A stretch of DNA of 64,000 nucleotides from assembly GCA_035284745.1 (NCBI GenBank), contig JAYKIL010000008.1, forward strand, positions 197,087-261,086, read 5' to 3'. Shown piece by piece: positions 8,780-17,668 of this stretch; position 1 is the first letter of the stretch, and the number at the start of each line of letters is the position of its first letter. A model generated the notes under the pieces. It saw only the letters and a program-made list of their open reading frames with translations. It did not search any database and was not told the DNA's origin. Position numbers and translations under genes: made by a program. The DNA comes from Candidatus Sericytochromatia bacterium (lineage in GTDB: Bacteria; Cyanobacteriota; Sericytochromatia; S15B-MN24; JAQBPE01).

Positions 8780-9898
8780 GTGCCGTCGCCCCCCTTTGCC
8801 GATGAAAATAGCCTGGCCGCACAGCCGTTCTTTCGAGAGATTGGGTATTCATCGTGCTGGGAGGATCCGGTTGTTTTGCGCCAGGCACTGGCTGTTCGCT
8901 CGGGAGACTGTGTGCTGTCGATTGCATCGGGCGGATGCAATGTATTGAGCCTGTTGCTCGACGATCCAGCGTCCATTTTATGTGTCGATTTAAACCCTCA
9001 TCAACTGACGCTGTTACGCCTCAAGATAGCGGCCATTCGACAACTAGAATACTCTGAACTGCTTGAATTGTTGGGGGTTCGCGTATCAAGCCGTCGGATT
9101 GAACTCCTTGATACACTGTTCCCAGAATTGCCTTTGGCCGATCGAGAATATTGGAGGGCACGTCGACGACAGATTGCTCAGGGACTGTATCGCACGGGTC
9201 GCACCGATCGATATTTGATGGCTTTTGGCACCCTTGTAAGGACCTTGTTTGGCCAGAGCAAAGTCAAGCAGTTTTTTGGTTTCGCCGAACTGGACGCGCA
9301 GATTGAATTTTACCGCTCGCATTGGGATGGATGGCGTTGGCGCAAGCTGTTCGAGGTTTTCTTCCACCGCCAAATTATCTCCCGCGCCAAGGACCCCAGC
9401 CATTTTCGCTATGTTGAGTTTGATCGATTCGGGGAGAGGATCTACGCCCGCGTGGAGCGTTTATTCACCACCGGCCTTGTGCGCGAAAATTACTTTTTGG
9501 GCCTCATCATGTTGGGGCACTACGCCTCCGAGACTGCGCTGCCGCCATACCTTTTGGAAAACAATCTTCCACTGGTGCGCGCACGCCTCGATCGCTTGAT
9601 TCTTCGCCACGCCAGCCTTTCAGCGGTCCTGGAACCCGTGGGACCGGCGCGCTTCGATGCGTTTAATTTGTCTAATTTGTACGACTGGCTCAGTGACGAC
9701 GCGCGGATCGCCTCCCTGAGACAGGCATCAATGGCCGCCACACCAGGCGCCCGTTGGTGCTACTGGAGTACACTGGAGCCGCGCCTGGCCCCTGTACTAG
9801 AGGGCGTGGACCTCCAGCCGGAACGCTCATGCGAGCTCGCGTATGCCGATAGGTTTCCCTATGCACACTTTGAAACCGGTACTTTTTTTGCTCAATGA
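8780..9898 (+). CDS. BtaA-like (DUF3419) S-adenosylmethionine-dependent 3-amino-3-carboxypropyl transferase
   Basis: N-terminal IGYSSCWEDP motif and SIASGGCN Rossmann-like segment recall the betaine-lipid synthase BtaA / DUF3419 family. ~370 aa size fits. Confidence 0.55.
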   Translation: MPSPPFADENSLAAQPFFREIGYSSCWEDPVVLRQALAVRSGDCVLSIASGGCNVLSLLLDDPASILCVDLNPHQLTLLRLKIAAIRQLEYSELLELLGVRVSSRRIELLDTLFPELPLADREYWRARRRQIAQGLYRTGRTDRYLMAFGTLVRTLFGQSKVKQFFGFAELDAQIEFYRSHWDGWRWRKLFEVFFHRQIISRAKDPSHFRYVEFDRFGERIYARVERLFTTGLVRENYFLGLIMLGHYASETALPPYLLENNLPLVRARLDRLILRHASLSAVLEPVGPARFDAFNLSNLYDWLSDDARIASLRQASMAATPGARWCYWSTLEPRLAPVLEGVDLQPERSCELAYADRFPYAHFETGTFFAQ

Positions 9899-9905
9899 CT
9901 CGTGC

Positions 9906-10862
9906 TCAAGCGGACGGGGATACCACTCGCAAGCCCGCAGGGATCACCGCTATCTCAAGGGTTTCTGCCCGGGCCAGGGGCTCACCGTCGGCCATAAAGG
10001 ATAACGGTTCATCCCCAACGAGGGTAAATGTTTTCCCTTCCCCCAATTCAACTTCCTCGGCCCCTTCGTGAGCCCCTGCCCGGTTTAATAGGGCTGCAAT
10101 CCAGAGGCTTCTCGCACGCGTCCGCCAATCAATGCGACAGTACCCCAATGAACCGTCGAATTGCCGGGTGTGGGGACACGATGTCACGGTTCGGCCGATG
10201 AACGGTTGGTTTTGAATAAACAGGGCCAAAATAACGCTTTGAACCCTATCTCGCCCATCGACACATAGTGTGACAGTCTGTGGGATTTTCGCTGCACTCA
10301 GCACGAGCCAACCACTAAAGAGGGGATAGGCCGCGCTTCCCAAGGCCCGGGTGAAAGCGCCTAGCAATCCGCTGCGGCTTTTTAGCGCATGCACCCCTTC
10401 TGCGACGTCATTGACAATTCCAATGCCCCCCCCTGTTAAAAAATAACGACCATTGACGCGCCCCACATCAATCGTTCGAATTTCGCCGTTCAGGATTGCC
10501 CGACAGCTTTCCCGTGGGGTCAAGGGAATTTTCAGTGCTCGGGCCAAGTCATTCGCAGTTCCGGCAGGGATGATCCCCAGAGCAGTTTCAGTATTGACGA
10601 GTTGATTGGCGACGACGTTGAGAGAGCCATCTCCTCCCACGACGACGACGACATCCACCCCCTCAACAACAGATTCCCGGGCCACCCGACGCATCGCGTC
10701 GAGTGATCCGGGAACAACGACCTCGTGATCGGTGCCATCAAAAGCAGCCCGCACGATTCCAAGCCAACGCCTGTCGGCCCCATTGCGTGCCGCATGATTG
10801 ACCAAAATGCGGTATCGCGTCGGGGAACTCAAGGCCTCGTTAGTTGTAATAGCCGAATCCAA
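9906..10862 (-). CDS. diacylglycerol-kinase-family lipid kinase (YegS/BmrU/DgkB-like)
   Basis: DAGK_cat signature VVVVGGDGSLNVVANQL and GIIPAGTANDLARAL. Convergent with the plus-strand operon; translationally overlapped by the upstream OMP gene. Confidence 0.75.
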   Translation of the reverse strand: MDSAITTNEALSSPTRYRILVNHAARNGADRRWLGIVRAAFDGTDHEVVVPGSLDAMRRVARESVVEGVDVVVVVGGDGSLNVVANQLVNTETALGIIPAGTANDLARALKIPLTPRESCRAILNGEIRTIDVGRVNGRYFLTGGGIGIVNDVAEGVHALKSRSGLLGAFTRALGSAAYPLFSGWLVLSAAKIPQTVTLCVDGRDRVQSVILALFIQNQPFIGRTVTSCPHTRQFDGSLGYCRIDWRTRARSLWIAALLNRAGAHEGAEEVELGEGKTFTLVGDEPLSFMADGEPLARAETLEIAVIPAGLRVVSPSA

Positions 10863-11565
10863 TCAAGCCCACGTCGACATTCGTGTCCATCGAGCTGACG
10901 TAGTTTAACCAAAGATAAGCATTTTCGTTAAACAAATACTTGGCCCCAGCACCCCAGCGGCGATCCGGGGCCGTCGCCATGTTGCCCAGATTCCAGTTGT
11001 ACTGACCGTTCGCGCCCACTGAAATTCGATCATTCACCCAAAGATCGGCCCCGAGGGCTGCAGCCCCTCGAAACCCACCATTCATCAAATAACCCACCTC
11101 AGGTTGCGCGGTGAGTTCCAAGCCCCCGAATTTCAACAGCAATGAATTTTTGTAGGTAGCCCCGTAGTCCATCGCGCCACCCGGGGCTAAGTTGAATCGA
11201 CCGATATAGGCACCGCCCCACGACCATCCATTTCCCGCCGCATAGCGCTGCCTCAGTCCTATTTGGCTCTCTGCTGACAGTAAAACCGCCCAGTTTAGAC
11301 CATCGTCGATCGCGCCGCCTGCGCCCGCCAAACCAAAGGGCAAGGTGGGAGCCTGGGTGTTCAAACGCTGATTGAGAAGGCCCCCCGCCACGCCAAACTC
11401 GTTATGTCCAACTCCGAGATAGACCGGCGAGTAGACCAAACCACCCGCGGAAATAATTCGGGCCGGCGAAGTTACAATGGCGTCATCGGCAGCAGCCTGC
11501 GCTGGAGTGATGAAAGCGGGAAAGGTCATCAGTGCGCACGCAACCGCCAGCAGTTTTTTCTTCAT
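10840..11565 (-). CDS. outer-membrane beta-barrel protein with signal peptide
   Basis: Signal peptide MKKKLLAVACALMTFPAFITPAQAAADD. Gly/aromatic-rich alternating pattern to the C-terminus (GLIGFGYYN). Start is 23 nt inside the kinase gene's upstream neighbour overlap. Confidence 0.55.
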   Translation of the reverse strand: MKKKLLAVACALMTFPAFITPAQAAADDAIVTSPARIISAGGLVYSPVYLGVGHNEFGVAGGLLNQRLNTQAPTLPFGLAGAGGAIDDGLNWAVLLSAESQIGLRQRYAAGNGWSWGGAYIGRFNLAPGGAMDYGATYKNSLLLKFGGLELTAQPEVGYLMNGGFRGAAALGADLWVNDRISVGANGQYNWNLGNMATAPDRRWGAGAKYLFNENAYLWLNYVSSMDTNVDVGLIGFGYYN

Positions 11566-11725
11566 ACAATCATTCCTTCTCCTAGGGATTCGCGGGAATT
11601 TTTTGTGAACGGAATCCTAAAGGGTAACTACCCCACGCCCGCTCGTCTTCATCCAAATTTGAGGACGACGACGACTTTTGATACCACAATGGCGGCAGGT
11701 GATCGGGCGGACCCTGAGCATTGGC

Positions 11726-11756
11726 CCAAACAAAAAGACCGGCCACAAGGGCCGGT
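11726..11756 (-). terminator. rho-independent terminator downstream of tRNA-Ser(GCU)
   Basis: On minus strand: GACCGGCC-cttgt-GGCCGGTC hairpin followed by TTTTTGTTT. Confidence 0.5.
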
Positions 11757-11769
11757 CGGCACATCAGAA

Positions 11770-11861
<92 letters not shown>

Positions 11862-11916
11862 CAAGCCCTTGCATACTATCACGGACATTTTCCGAAGGTC
11901 AAGGTGAGGCGCCTTC

Positions 11917-11946
11917 TTGACGCACGAGAAACGACCGGGCTAGCAT
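11917..11946 (+). promoter_or_regulatory. sigma70-like promoter for trxA (TTGACG-N18-TAGCAT) followed by AGGAGG RBS
   Basis: Sequence cttcTTGACGcacgagaaacgaccgggcTAGCATgtcg, 30-35 nt upstream of the AGGAGG RBS and the ATG at 11979. Confidence 0.4.
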
Positions 11947-11978
11947 GTCGGCTCTCGGTCTGAACTAGGAGGTTCCCA

Positions 11979-12302
11979 ATGAGCAGTCCCATTACAGTCA
12001 GCGACGCCAGTTTTCAACAAGACGTCCTCGACTCTGACAAGCCCGTGTTAGTTGATTTCTGGGCCACGTGGTGTGGTCCGTGCAAAATGATAGCGCCCGT
12101 CTTGGAGGAGATTGCGAAAGAACAAGCCGCAAAGCTCACCATCGCCAAACTGGACGTGGACCAAAACGCGTCTGCCGCCGCCAAGTACAGTGTTATGAGT
12201 ATTCCGACTCTTATTCTTTTCAAAAATGGCCAGCCAGTTGAGCGGCTGGTTGGTTTCATGTCGAAAGAACAACTGATGTCGAAACTGGCGTCGACAATTT
12301 AG
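11979..12302 (+). CDS. trxA: thioredoxin
   Basis: 107 aa with [10 protein letters not shown] active site and typical thioredoxin length and layout. Confidence 0.9.
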   Translation: MSSPITVSDASFQQDVLDSDKPVLVDFWATWCGPCKMIAPVLEEIAKEQAAKLTIAKLDVDQNASAAAKYSVMSIPTLILFKNGQPVERLVGFMSKEQLMSKLASTI

Positions 12303-12319
12303 AGTAACCCAATGACAGC

Positions 12320-12370
12320 GAAGCGGGCGGTTGCAGCGTGATGGCTCTGCATCCGCCCGCTTTGGTGTTT
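12320..12370. terminator. hairpin plus T-tract between convergent trxA and ftsX (likely bidirectional terminator)
   Basis: aagcGGGCGG...(structured loop ttgcag/ctgcat)...CCGCCCGCTTTGGTGTTT. Confidence 0.45.
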
Positions 12371-12373
12371 GGG

Positions 12374-13327
12374 TCAGTTGTCGTTGGCTGCCAATTGGAT
12401 GTGCCGACGAACCGATAACAGGCTTCCCACCGCCCCGAGGGCAATGCCCAAGACCGTAAGAACGGCGAGGGTTTCAGCAAGGGCGAATGGCTCTAGGCTC
12501 ATTGGAATGAATGGAAAGAGTTCCTGCCATTTTGTCAGCGTAAATGAACGCCACGCAATGAGGACGACAGAGGTCAAGATCGCTCCAAATAGGCCAAATA
12601 AAATTCCCTCAAGCAAAAAAGGCCACGCGATGAATGAATTGCTGGCACCCACCAGGTGCATTATCTCTATTTCGCGCCGACGCGCCATGACCGTTAAGCG
12701 GATGGTATTCATAATCACCGCCAAGCTCGCCAAAGCCAGAATCGCACCAATTCCAAGTCCGGCTGCGCGAATGAAGGCCGAAAATTCTGACAGCTTCTTA
12801 AGTAATTCGGCCCCGTATTGAATGTCCTCAATGCCCGGCATTTTTGCGATACGCTCAGCCAAGACGGGCGTTAGATCAGGACTCTTTGATTGAACGGTAA
12901 AGCTATTCGGCAACGGGTTCGCGTCGAGTAAAGAGTCAAAGGTCATGCGCGAACGCATATCCTGTTGCATGTCTTTCCACGCTTGGTCTTTGGTAATTAA
13001 CTTGAGGCTTTCAACCTCAGGAAATTCTTTGATAGCGGTTTCGATGCCACGGGGGTCCGCATCGTCCGACAAAAAAACGGCGATTGGAACTTTACCCCCG
13101 ACCTGATAGCTGACGCGGTGTAGGTCTTGAACGATCAACCAAAACCCACCCAGTATACTGAGGCTCACGGCAATGGTCGCAACGACCAGCCAACTCATCA
13201 GGGCCGAACGCGCCATGCTGGACAGCGCCTCGTGACTGACAAATTCGGCAATCCTTAAAAAGGTTTTAATTGACTCCAACAGAATAAACCCCGCGTGCTT
13301 GGTCTTGGACCAGTTTTCCACCATCAA
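12374..13327 (-). CDS. ftsX: cell-division ABC transporter permease FtsX
   Basis: 317 aa. N-terminal cytoplasmic segment, large periplasmic loop, three C-terminal TMs. Overlaps and is co-oriented with ftsE. Confidence 0.8.
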   Translation of the reverse strand: MMVENWSKTKHAGFILLESIKTFLRIAEFVSHEALSSMARSALMSWLVVATIAVSLSILGGFWLIVQDLHRVSYQVGGKVPIAVFLSDDADPRGIETAIKEFPEVESLKLITKDQAWKDMQQDMRSRMTFDSLLDANPLPNSFTVQSKSPDLTPVLAERIAKMPGIEDIQYGAELLKKLSEFSAFIRAAGLGIGAILALASLAVIMNTIRLTVMARRREIEIMHLVGASNSFIAWPFLLEGILFGLFGAILTSVVLIAWRSFTLTKWQELFPFIPMSLEPFALAETLAVLTVLGIALGAVGSLLSVRRHIQLAANDN

Positions 13328-13955
13328 TGGTAAGAACTCTGCGCCTCATGTTGTCAACGACCAGTTTATTGTGGGTGGCCACCACCACCGTCGTTCCGTG
13401 CAAATTTATCTTGGTTAGCAAGCGCATAATATCCCATGAGGTTTCCGGGTCGAGGTTGCCCGTTGGTTCATCAGCGATGAGCAGTGGAGGAGTATTTACG
13501 ATGGCCCGCGCCAGGCAAACGCGTTGTTGCTGGCCTCCTGACAACTCGGTCGGCAAAGCATCGGCGTAATCTCTGAGGCCGACCAGATCTAAACTGCTCC
13601 GCACGCGGTGTTGCATCTCTGCTTTGCCAGTTCCAATGATCCGCAACGCGAAGGCCACGTTATCATAAACACAGCGGTCCATGAGTAATTTGTAATCTTG
13701 AAAGACGACCCCAATGCGCTGGCGCAGTTGAGGCAGGTTGCGCGAAGAGATTTGCCCAATATCGACGCCGCTGATGATCACCTGGCCCGTCGTCGGTGTT
13801 TCGGCCCGATACAGCAGCTTCATGAGTGTCGATTTCCCGGCGCCCGAGGGGCCGACGATAAAGACGAACTCCCCTTGCTGAACCTCTAAATTCAGGCCGT
13901 GCAACGCCCGGACTCCGTTAGGATAAAGTTTGGTCACTTGCCTGAGACTGATCAC
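13266..13955 (-). CDS. ftsE: cell-division ATP-binding protein FtsE
   Basis: Walker A GPSGAGKST, ABC signature LSGGQQQRV, Walker B LLIADEPTGNLD. 229 aa. Confidence 0.9.
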   Translation of the reverse strand: MISLRQVTKLYPNGVRALHGLNLEVQQGEFVFIVGPSGAGKSTLMKLLYRAETPTTGQVIISGVDIGQISSRNLPQLRQRIGVVFQDYKLLMDRCVYDNVAFALRIIGTGKAEMQHRVRSSLDLVGLRDYADALPTELSGGQQQRVCLARAIVNTPPLLIADEPTGNLDPETSWDIMRLLTKINLHGTTVVVATHNKLVVDNMRRRVLTIDGGKLVQDQARGVYSVGVN

Positions 13956-14749
13956 GGCTTTTCCTCCACCCTCTGGGTGTTGCTATTCTGGGTCAGCACT
14001 CGATAAACGAATGGCGGCAATGTGGAGCGCATACGCTTCATACGCCACGGTTCTTGAATTAATCGGTATAACCATTCTAAATGTAAGCGTTGAAAGGTGG
14101 CAGGTGCCCGGCGCACTCTGCCAGCAAAAACGTCAAGAGATCCTCCGACGCCGATTGCGATGGTGGCCTGCAATTCGTTTCTATGGCGTTCAATCCACTT
14201 TTCCTGGCGGGGAACCCCAAGCGCCACCAATAGAATGTCTGGGCGAGCGGCCTTTATCTTATCCAGAAGGTCTGGTTCATCTTCGGGGCTGAAGAAGCCG
14301 TGATGACAGCCTGTGATCTGTAAGCCTGAATACCTTTGCTGCAACGCAACCGCAGCGGCCTCAGCGACCCCCGGCTTTCCTCCCAGTAGATAGAGCCGAT
14401 GGCCGGTTTGTGCGATGCGTGCGACCAGGGCCTGCACCAGATCGACCCCTGCCACTTTCACAACACGAGGGCCACTCTGTTGCCGCGCGATGGCCCACAC
14501 CACACCAATGCCATCAGGGGTTACCAGCGACGCTCGCTTTATGATATCCCCCAAATCTGCGTCCTCCAGAGCTTGTATCGCCATCTCAGCGTTCATGGTC
14601 ACGACGTGAAATATTTCAGGACACTCCGTTTTTCTGTTCTGCAGAAAATTCATCAGGCAACTGCAAGCCTCTTCGAGGCTTAAAGCATCAACGGGAAGGC
14701 CGAGAACATTTGCTCGTTTCGTTTCAGGTGGCACGAGACCTCCTTGCAA
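13952..14749 (-). CDS. tagA: WecB/TagA/CpsF-family glycosyltransferase (N-acetylmannosaminyltransferase-like, GT26)
   Basis: 265 aa. GLPVDALSLEE...HVVTMNAEM...PDGIGVVWA pattern of GT26 family. Confidence 0.7.
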   Translation of the reverse strand: MQGGLVPPETKRANVLGLPVDALSLEEACSCLMNFLQNRKTECPEIFHVVTMNAEMAIQALEDADLGDIIKRASLVTPDGIGVVWAIARQQSGPRVVKVAGVDLVQALVARIAQTGHRLYLLGGKPGVAEAAAVALQQRYSGLQITGCHHGFFSPEDEPDLLDKIKAARPDILLVALGVPRQEKWIERHRNELQATIAIGVGGSLDVFAGRVRRAPATFQRLHLEWLYRLIQEPWRMKRMRSTLPPFVYRVLTQNSNTQRVEEKP

Positions 14750-15956
14750 TATCCACCGCCAATTGGGAGTTTTTCATTGCCGCTTCAGTCCAAGCAGCTC
14801 TCAACGATTGTAAATGACTTCGTAAGGCGCCCCGCCGAGCCCACGCCTGATGCAAGGCGGATTGAAGTTCTGCGCTGTCTGCTAACGATTCAACCGATGG
14901 AATGGTGGGCAGGTTCGCAAGACGGGCGAATGCCTCGATTTTGGGATCGTAAATGATGCCAATGGCCGGCGTGGAAGCCGCGGCAGCCATGATCAAGGCG
15001 TGTAGCCGCATTCCAATGAGAAGGTCAACGCGCCCCAAGACTCCCAGCATTTCCTTGGCAGTGAGCGCCTGTTTCGCCATTACCACGACTGGTTTTTGGC
15101 CTTCTGGGCGCGCGGCCAGGCAATGTGACAACTCCTCGAGAAGCCAATCGTCCCCCGGTTTGTGAAACGGAAGCAGGAGAATCTGAGCATCCCAAGCCCG
15201 AGCGCATTGCGCCAGAACAGCAGAAAACGCCTTCAGTTGCTTCTCCAGCCACGCGGGCCACGGGCGGATGGACACGGCGACCACCGGTCGGACACGGTTA
15301 AGGCCCCACTGTTCCCACAGTGCGTCTGTCAGGTCAGCCGCCTGTGGTTTGGATGCGAGAACGGGATCGACCGTTAAGGATATCTCTTTGGAGCGAAGGC
15401 CGCATTCAATGAGTAAGTCTCGAGAGGCCGGGTCGCGAACCGTGATGGAATCGACACGGGATAGGACACCACCCACCATTCGACGACTCCAAAACGACTT
15501 CAAAGGCCCTACGCCTTGGGCAAAAACCATACGGGGAACGCCAGCCAGTCTCGCCAGTTCCAGAATGCCCAGATAGTATGGGACAGAGGCAGGCCCCGTC
15601 ACATCTTGAAGTAAACTGCCGCCGCCACTTATCAACAGGTCAGCACGGCGCAACGCTTGCCAAATTAATGGCGGCGAGACTCTTGAGACGTAATGTAGGC
15701 GAGGATCGTGCTGACTCTTAACGGCTTGCCCCAGTGCGATCACTTCTAGGTCCGATTCGATGGCCCAAAGTTGCTCGCAAACAGCCTCTAGAATGGCTTC
15801 GTCACCCAGGTTATGAAACCCAAAGTAACCGGAAATGACGATCCTGAGGGTTTTCTTTTCAGCGGAGAAACTCGCCATCGGGCGCTTGCTCTTTTCTTTT
15901 CGGGCCCTATCGTGGACTCTAGTGGTTCTTATTTTGCTGATCGATGGCCCAGCCAA
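14724..15956 (-). CDS. csaB: polysaccharide pyruvyl transferase CsaB
   Basis: N-terminus LRIVISGYFGFHNLGDEAILEA is the CsaB/pyruvyl-transferase hallmark. 410 aa. Sits immediately upstream of tagA as in SCWP pyruvylation loci. Confidence 0.8.
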   Translation of the reverse strand: MAGPSISKIRTTRVHDRARKEKSKRPMASFSAEKKTLRIVISGYFGFHNLGDEAILEAVCEQLWAIESDLEVIALGQAVKSQHDPRLHYVSRVSPPLIWQALRRADLLISGGGSLLQDVTGPASVPYYLGILELARLAGVPRMVFAQGVGPLKSFWSRRMVGGVLSRVDSITVRDPASRDLLIECGLRSKEISLTVDPVLASKPQAADLTDALWEQWGLNRVRPVVAVSIRPWPAWLEKQLKAFSAVLAQCARAWDAQILLLPFHKPGDDWLLEELSHCLAARPEGQKPVVVMAKQALTAKEMLGVLGRVDLLIGMRLHALIMAAAASTPAIGIIYDPKIEAFARLANLPTIPSVESLADSAELQSALHQAWARRGALRSHLQSLRAAWTEAAMKNSQLAVDIARRSRAT

Positions 15957-16383
15957 TCATTTCGGGTGTGCAAAAGTTGAACCCGATGAGAATGGCACCC
16001 AAAAGTTCCCCTGTATTTTCTTGTTCAACCAATGCGATATCCAGCTGTTCTTGAGAGATACAGCGGGTTCTTACGAGAATCTGTCCAAGTCGTAGATCTG
16101 CCAGTTGCGATTTCAGCGCTTCGTGAACACTTTCAACGGAGGCAAAGCCTTTTTCAACGACGACCTCTCCGAGCAGCGTGCCTGGATTTTCATCCTGGAA
16201 GGACAGGCACTCCTCAAGCTGCGACAGATCAATCACCCTATTTCTTAAAAGCAACTGACCAATGCGGGTGTCTTCGACCAAGCTTCCCGGTCCGTTCCAG
16301 CTTGATGGTGGCTCAGGCACGGGAAATTCTGCATGTGTCAGACGGCCAGTGGTGTCGTCTGATGGGTGGGAATTGAAATCCAC
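15919..16383 (-). CDS. MshEN / GspE-N (T2SSE_N) tandem-repeat domain protein
   Basis: Two repeats of the motif (LGQLLLRNRVIDLSQLEECLSFQ...GTLLGEVVVEKG and LGQILVRTRCISQEQLDIALVEQ...GELLGAILIG) characteristic of c-di-GMP-binding MshEN domains. Overlaps csaB start by 38 nt. Confidence 0.5.
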   Translation of the reverse strand: MDFNSHPSDDTTGRLTHAEFPVPEPPSSWNGPGSLVEDTRIGQLLLRNRVIDLSQLEECLSFQDENPGTLLGEVVVEKGFASVESVHEALKSQLADLRLGQILVRTRCISQEQLDIALVEQENTGELLGAILIGFNFCTPEMIGWAIDQQNKNH

Positions 16384-16488
16384 CGAAACCTCTCAGCTGC
16401 CTCTCAATAGACGGAGAACCGTGTCATTCTAGGCGCTGCGGAGGCTTGCGTCAACGGGTTTCGCGACGCAACGGCACATGCGGCCACG

Positions 16489-17649
16489 CTAAGCGGTTGA
16501 CTGCTCGGTTGAGGCAGAAGCCCCCGTTTGTTCGAGTTCCACAGGGGATAGGACCTCCCTCGGCAGAAGCAAGCGTCCGATTGTATAGGTCAATAAGGCG
16601 CGTATCACGGTAGCGATGGGGACGGCAATGAGTAGGCCCGCGGCTCCTCCATAATGCTCGCCAATCAGAAGTGCCAACACCACCAACGCGGGATGTAGCT
16701 CGGCATTGTGACCGATGATATTCGGATTGAGCAAATTCGCCTCGATGAGATGAATCACAAGGATCCAAAGCAACGCAAATACGCCCGTCAGGAGGGAAGT
16801 CGTGAGAGCCACTAGAACGATGGGGATGGTACTGATCAGCGTTCCGAACACCGGGATGAGGCTGAAAACACCGGCAAGCAAGCCTAACGAGACGGCGAAT
16901 TTCACCCCGATAAAGAGAAGGCCAACCGTGGTGAGTACGCCATTGACAATACAAACCCCAATTTGCCCCCTGACCGCACCCGTCAATCCTCGATCGATAT
17001 CCACCACCAAGGTCCCGATTCCAGGACGATAACGCTCGGGTATCAGTCGGCCGAGCCACTCCTGAAGACGCGGCAAGTCGTAGAGTAGGAATCCCGTCAG
17101 CATAAAGACCAAAACAACCATCAGTATGGCAGAGGCAATTCCCGCAATGAGATCGCGCGCGCGCTTGGCGAGTTCCATCACGTGGCTATTTACGGCATCG
17201 AGACCGCCCGTCAGGCTTTCTTGTAAATTGCGTTTGATGTCAAAGGGTACATTGTAGGTGTCCAGGTGCGTTTGCCACGTAATCACCCAACTCGGAAGCA
17301 CTTCCCGCTCGAAGTGAACGAACTGGGCGGGAACAATTTGCGCCATTCGCGCAAATTCGTGATAGATCTGCGGCACCAAGAACAGGCTGACAAACCACAC
17401 CGCAATGGCAAAGGCAATGTAAACGGCCACGATGCCTGTGAGACGCCCCAGTTTTCTATTTCCGATGGCGCAATGAGAAATGTACGTTACCGCCGGATTC
17501 AGCAAATAAACCAACACAAACGCAATGTAGAACGGCGTGAGGGTTTTGCCTAAGACAGTCACCCCCGCCAAGGCAATTGCCAGCAAGGCCAACAGCAAAA
17601 GGCCACGGCTCTCGTCATTGAGCGGCCAAGACAAATACTTATGCGGCAT
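16489..17649 (-). CDS. AI-2E family transporter (PerM/YdiK-like, UPF0118)
   Basis: 386-aa polytopic membrane protein with the characteristic AI-2E architecture and conserved GxxxxAxPIA-like segment (LLIAVPIATVIRAL). Confidence 0.75.
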   Translation of the reverse strand: MPHKYLSWPLNDESRGLLLLALLAIALAGVTVLGKTLTPFYIAFVLVYLLNPAVTYISHCAIGNRKLGRLTGIVAVYIAFAIAVWFVSLFLVPQIYHEFARMAQIVPAQFVHFEREVLPSWVITWQTHLDTYNVPFDIKRNLQESLTGGLDAVNSHVMELAKRARDLIAGIASAILMVVLVFMLTGFLLYDLPRLQEWLGRLIPERYRPGIGTLVVDIDRGLTGAVRGQIGVCIVNGVLTTVGLLFIGVKFAVSLGLLAGVFSLIPVFGTLISTIPIVLVALTTSLLTGVFALLWILVIHLIEANLLNPNIIGHNAELHPALVVLALLIGEHYGGAAGLLIAVPIATVIRALLTYTIGRLLLPREVLSPVELEQTGASASTEQSTA

Positions 17650-17668
17650 CTAATGCGTAGGCTCCCCC

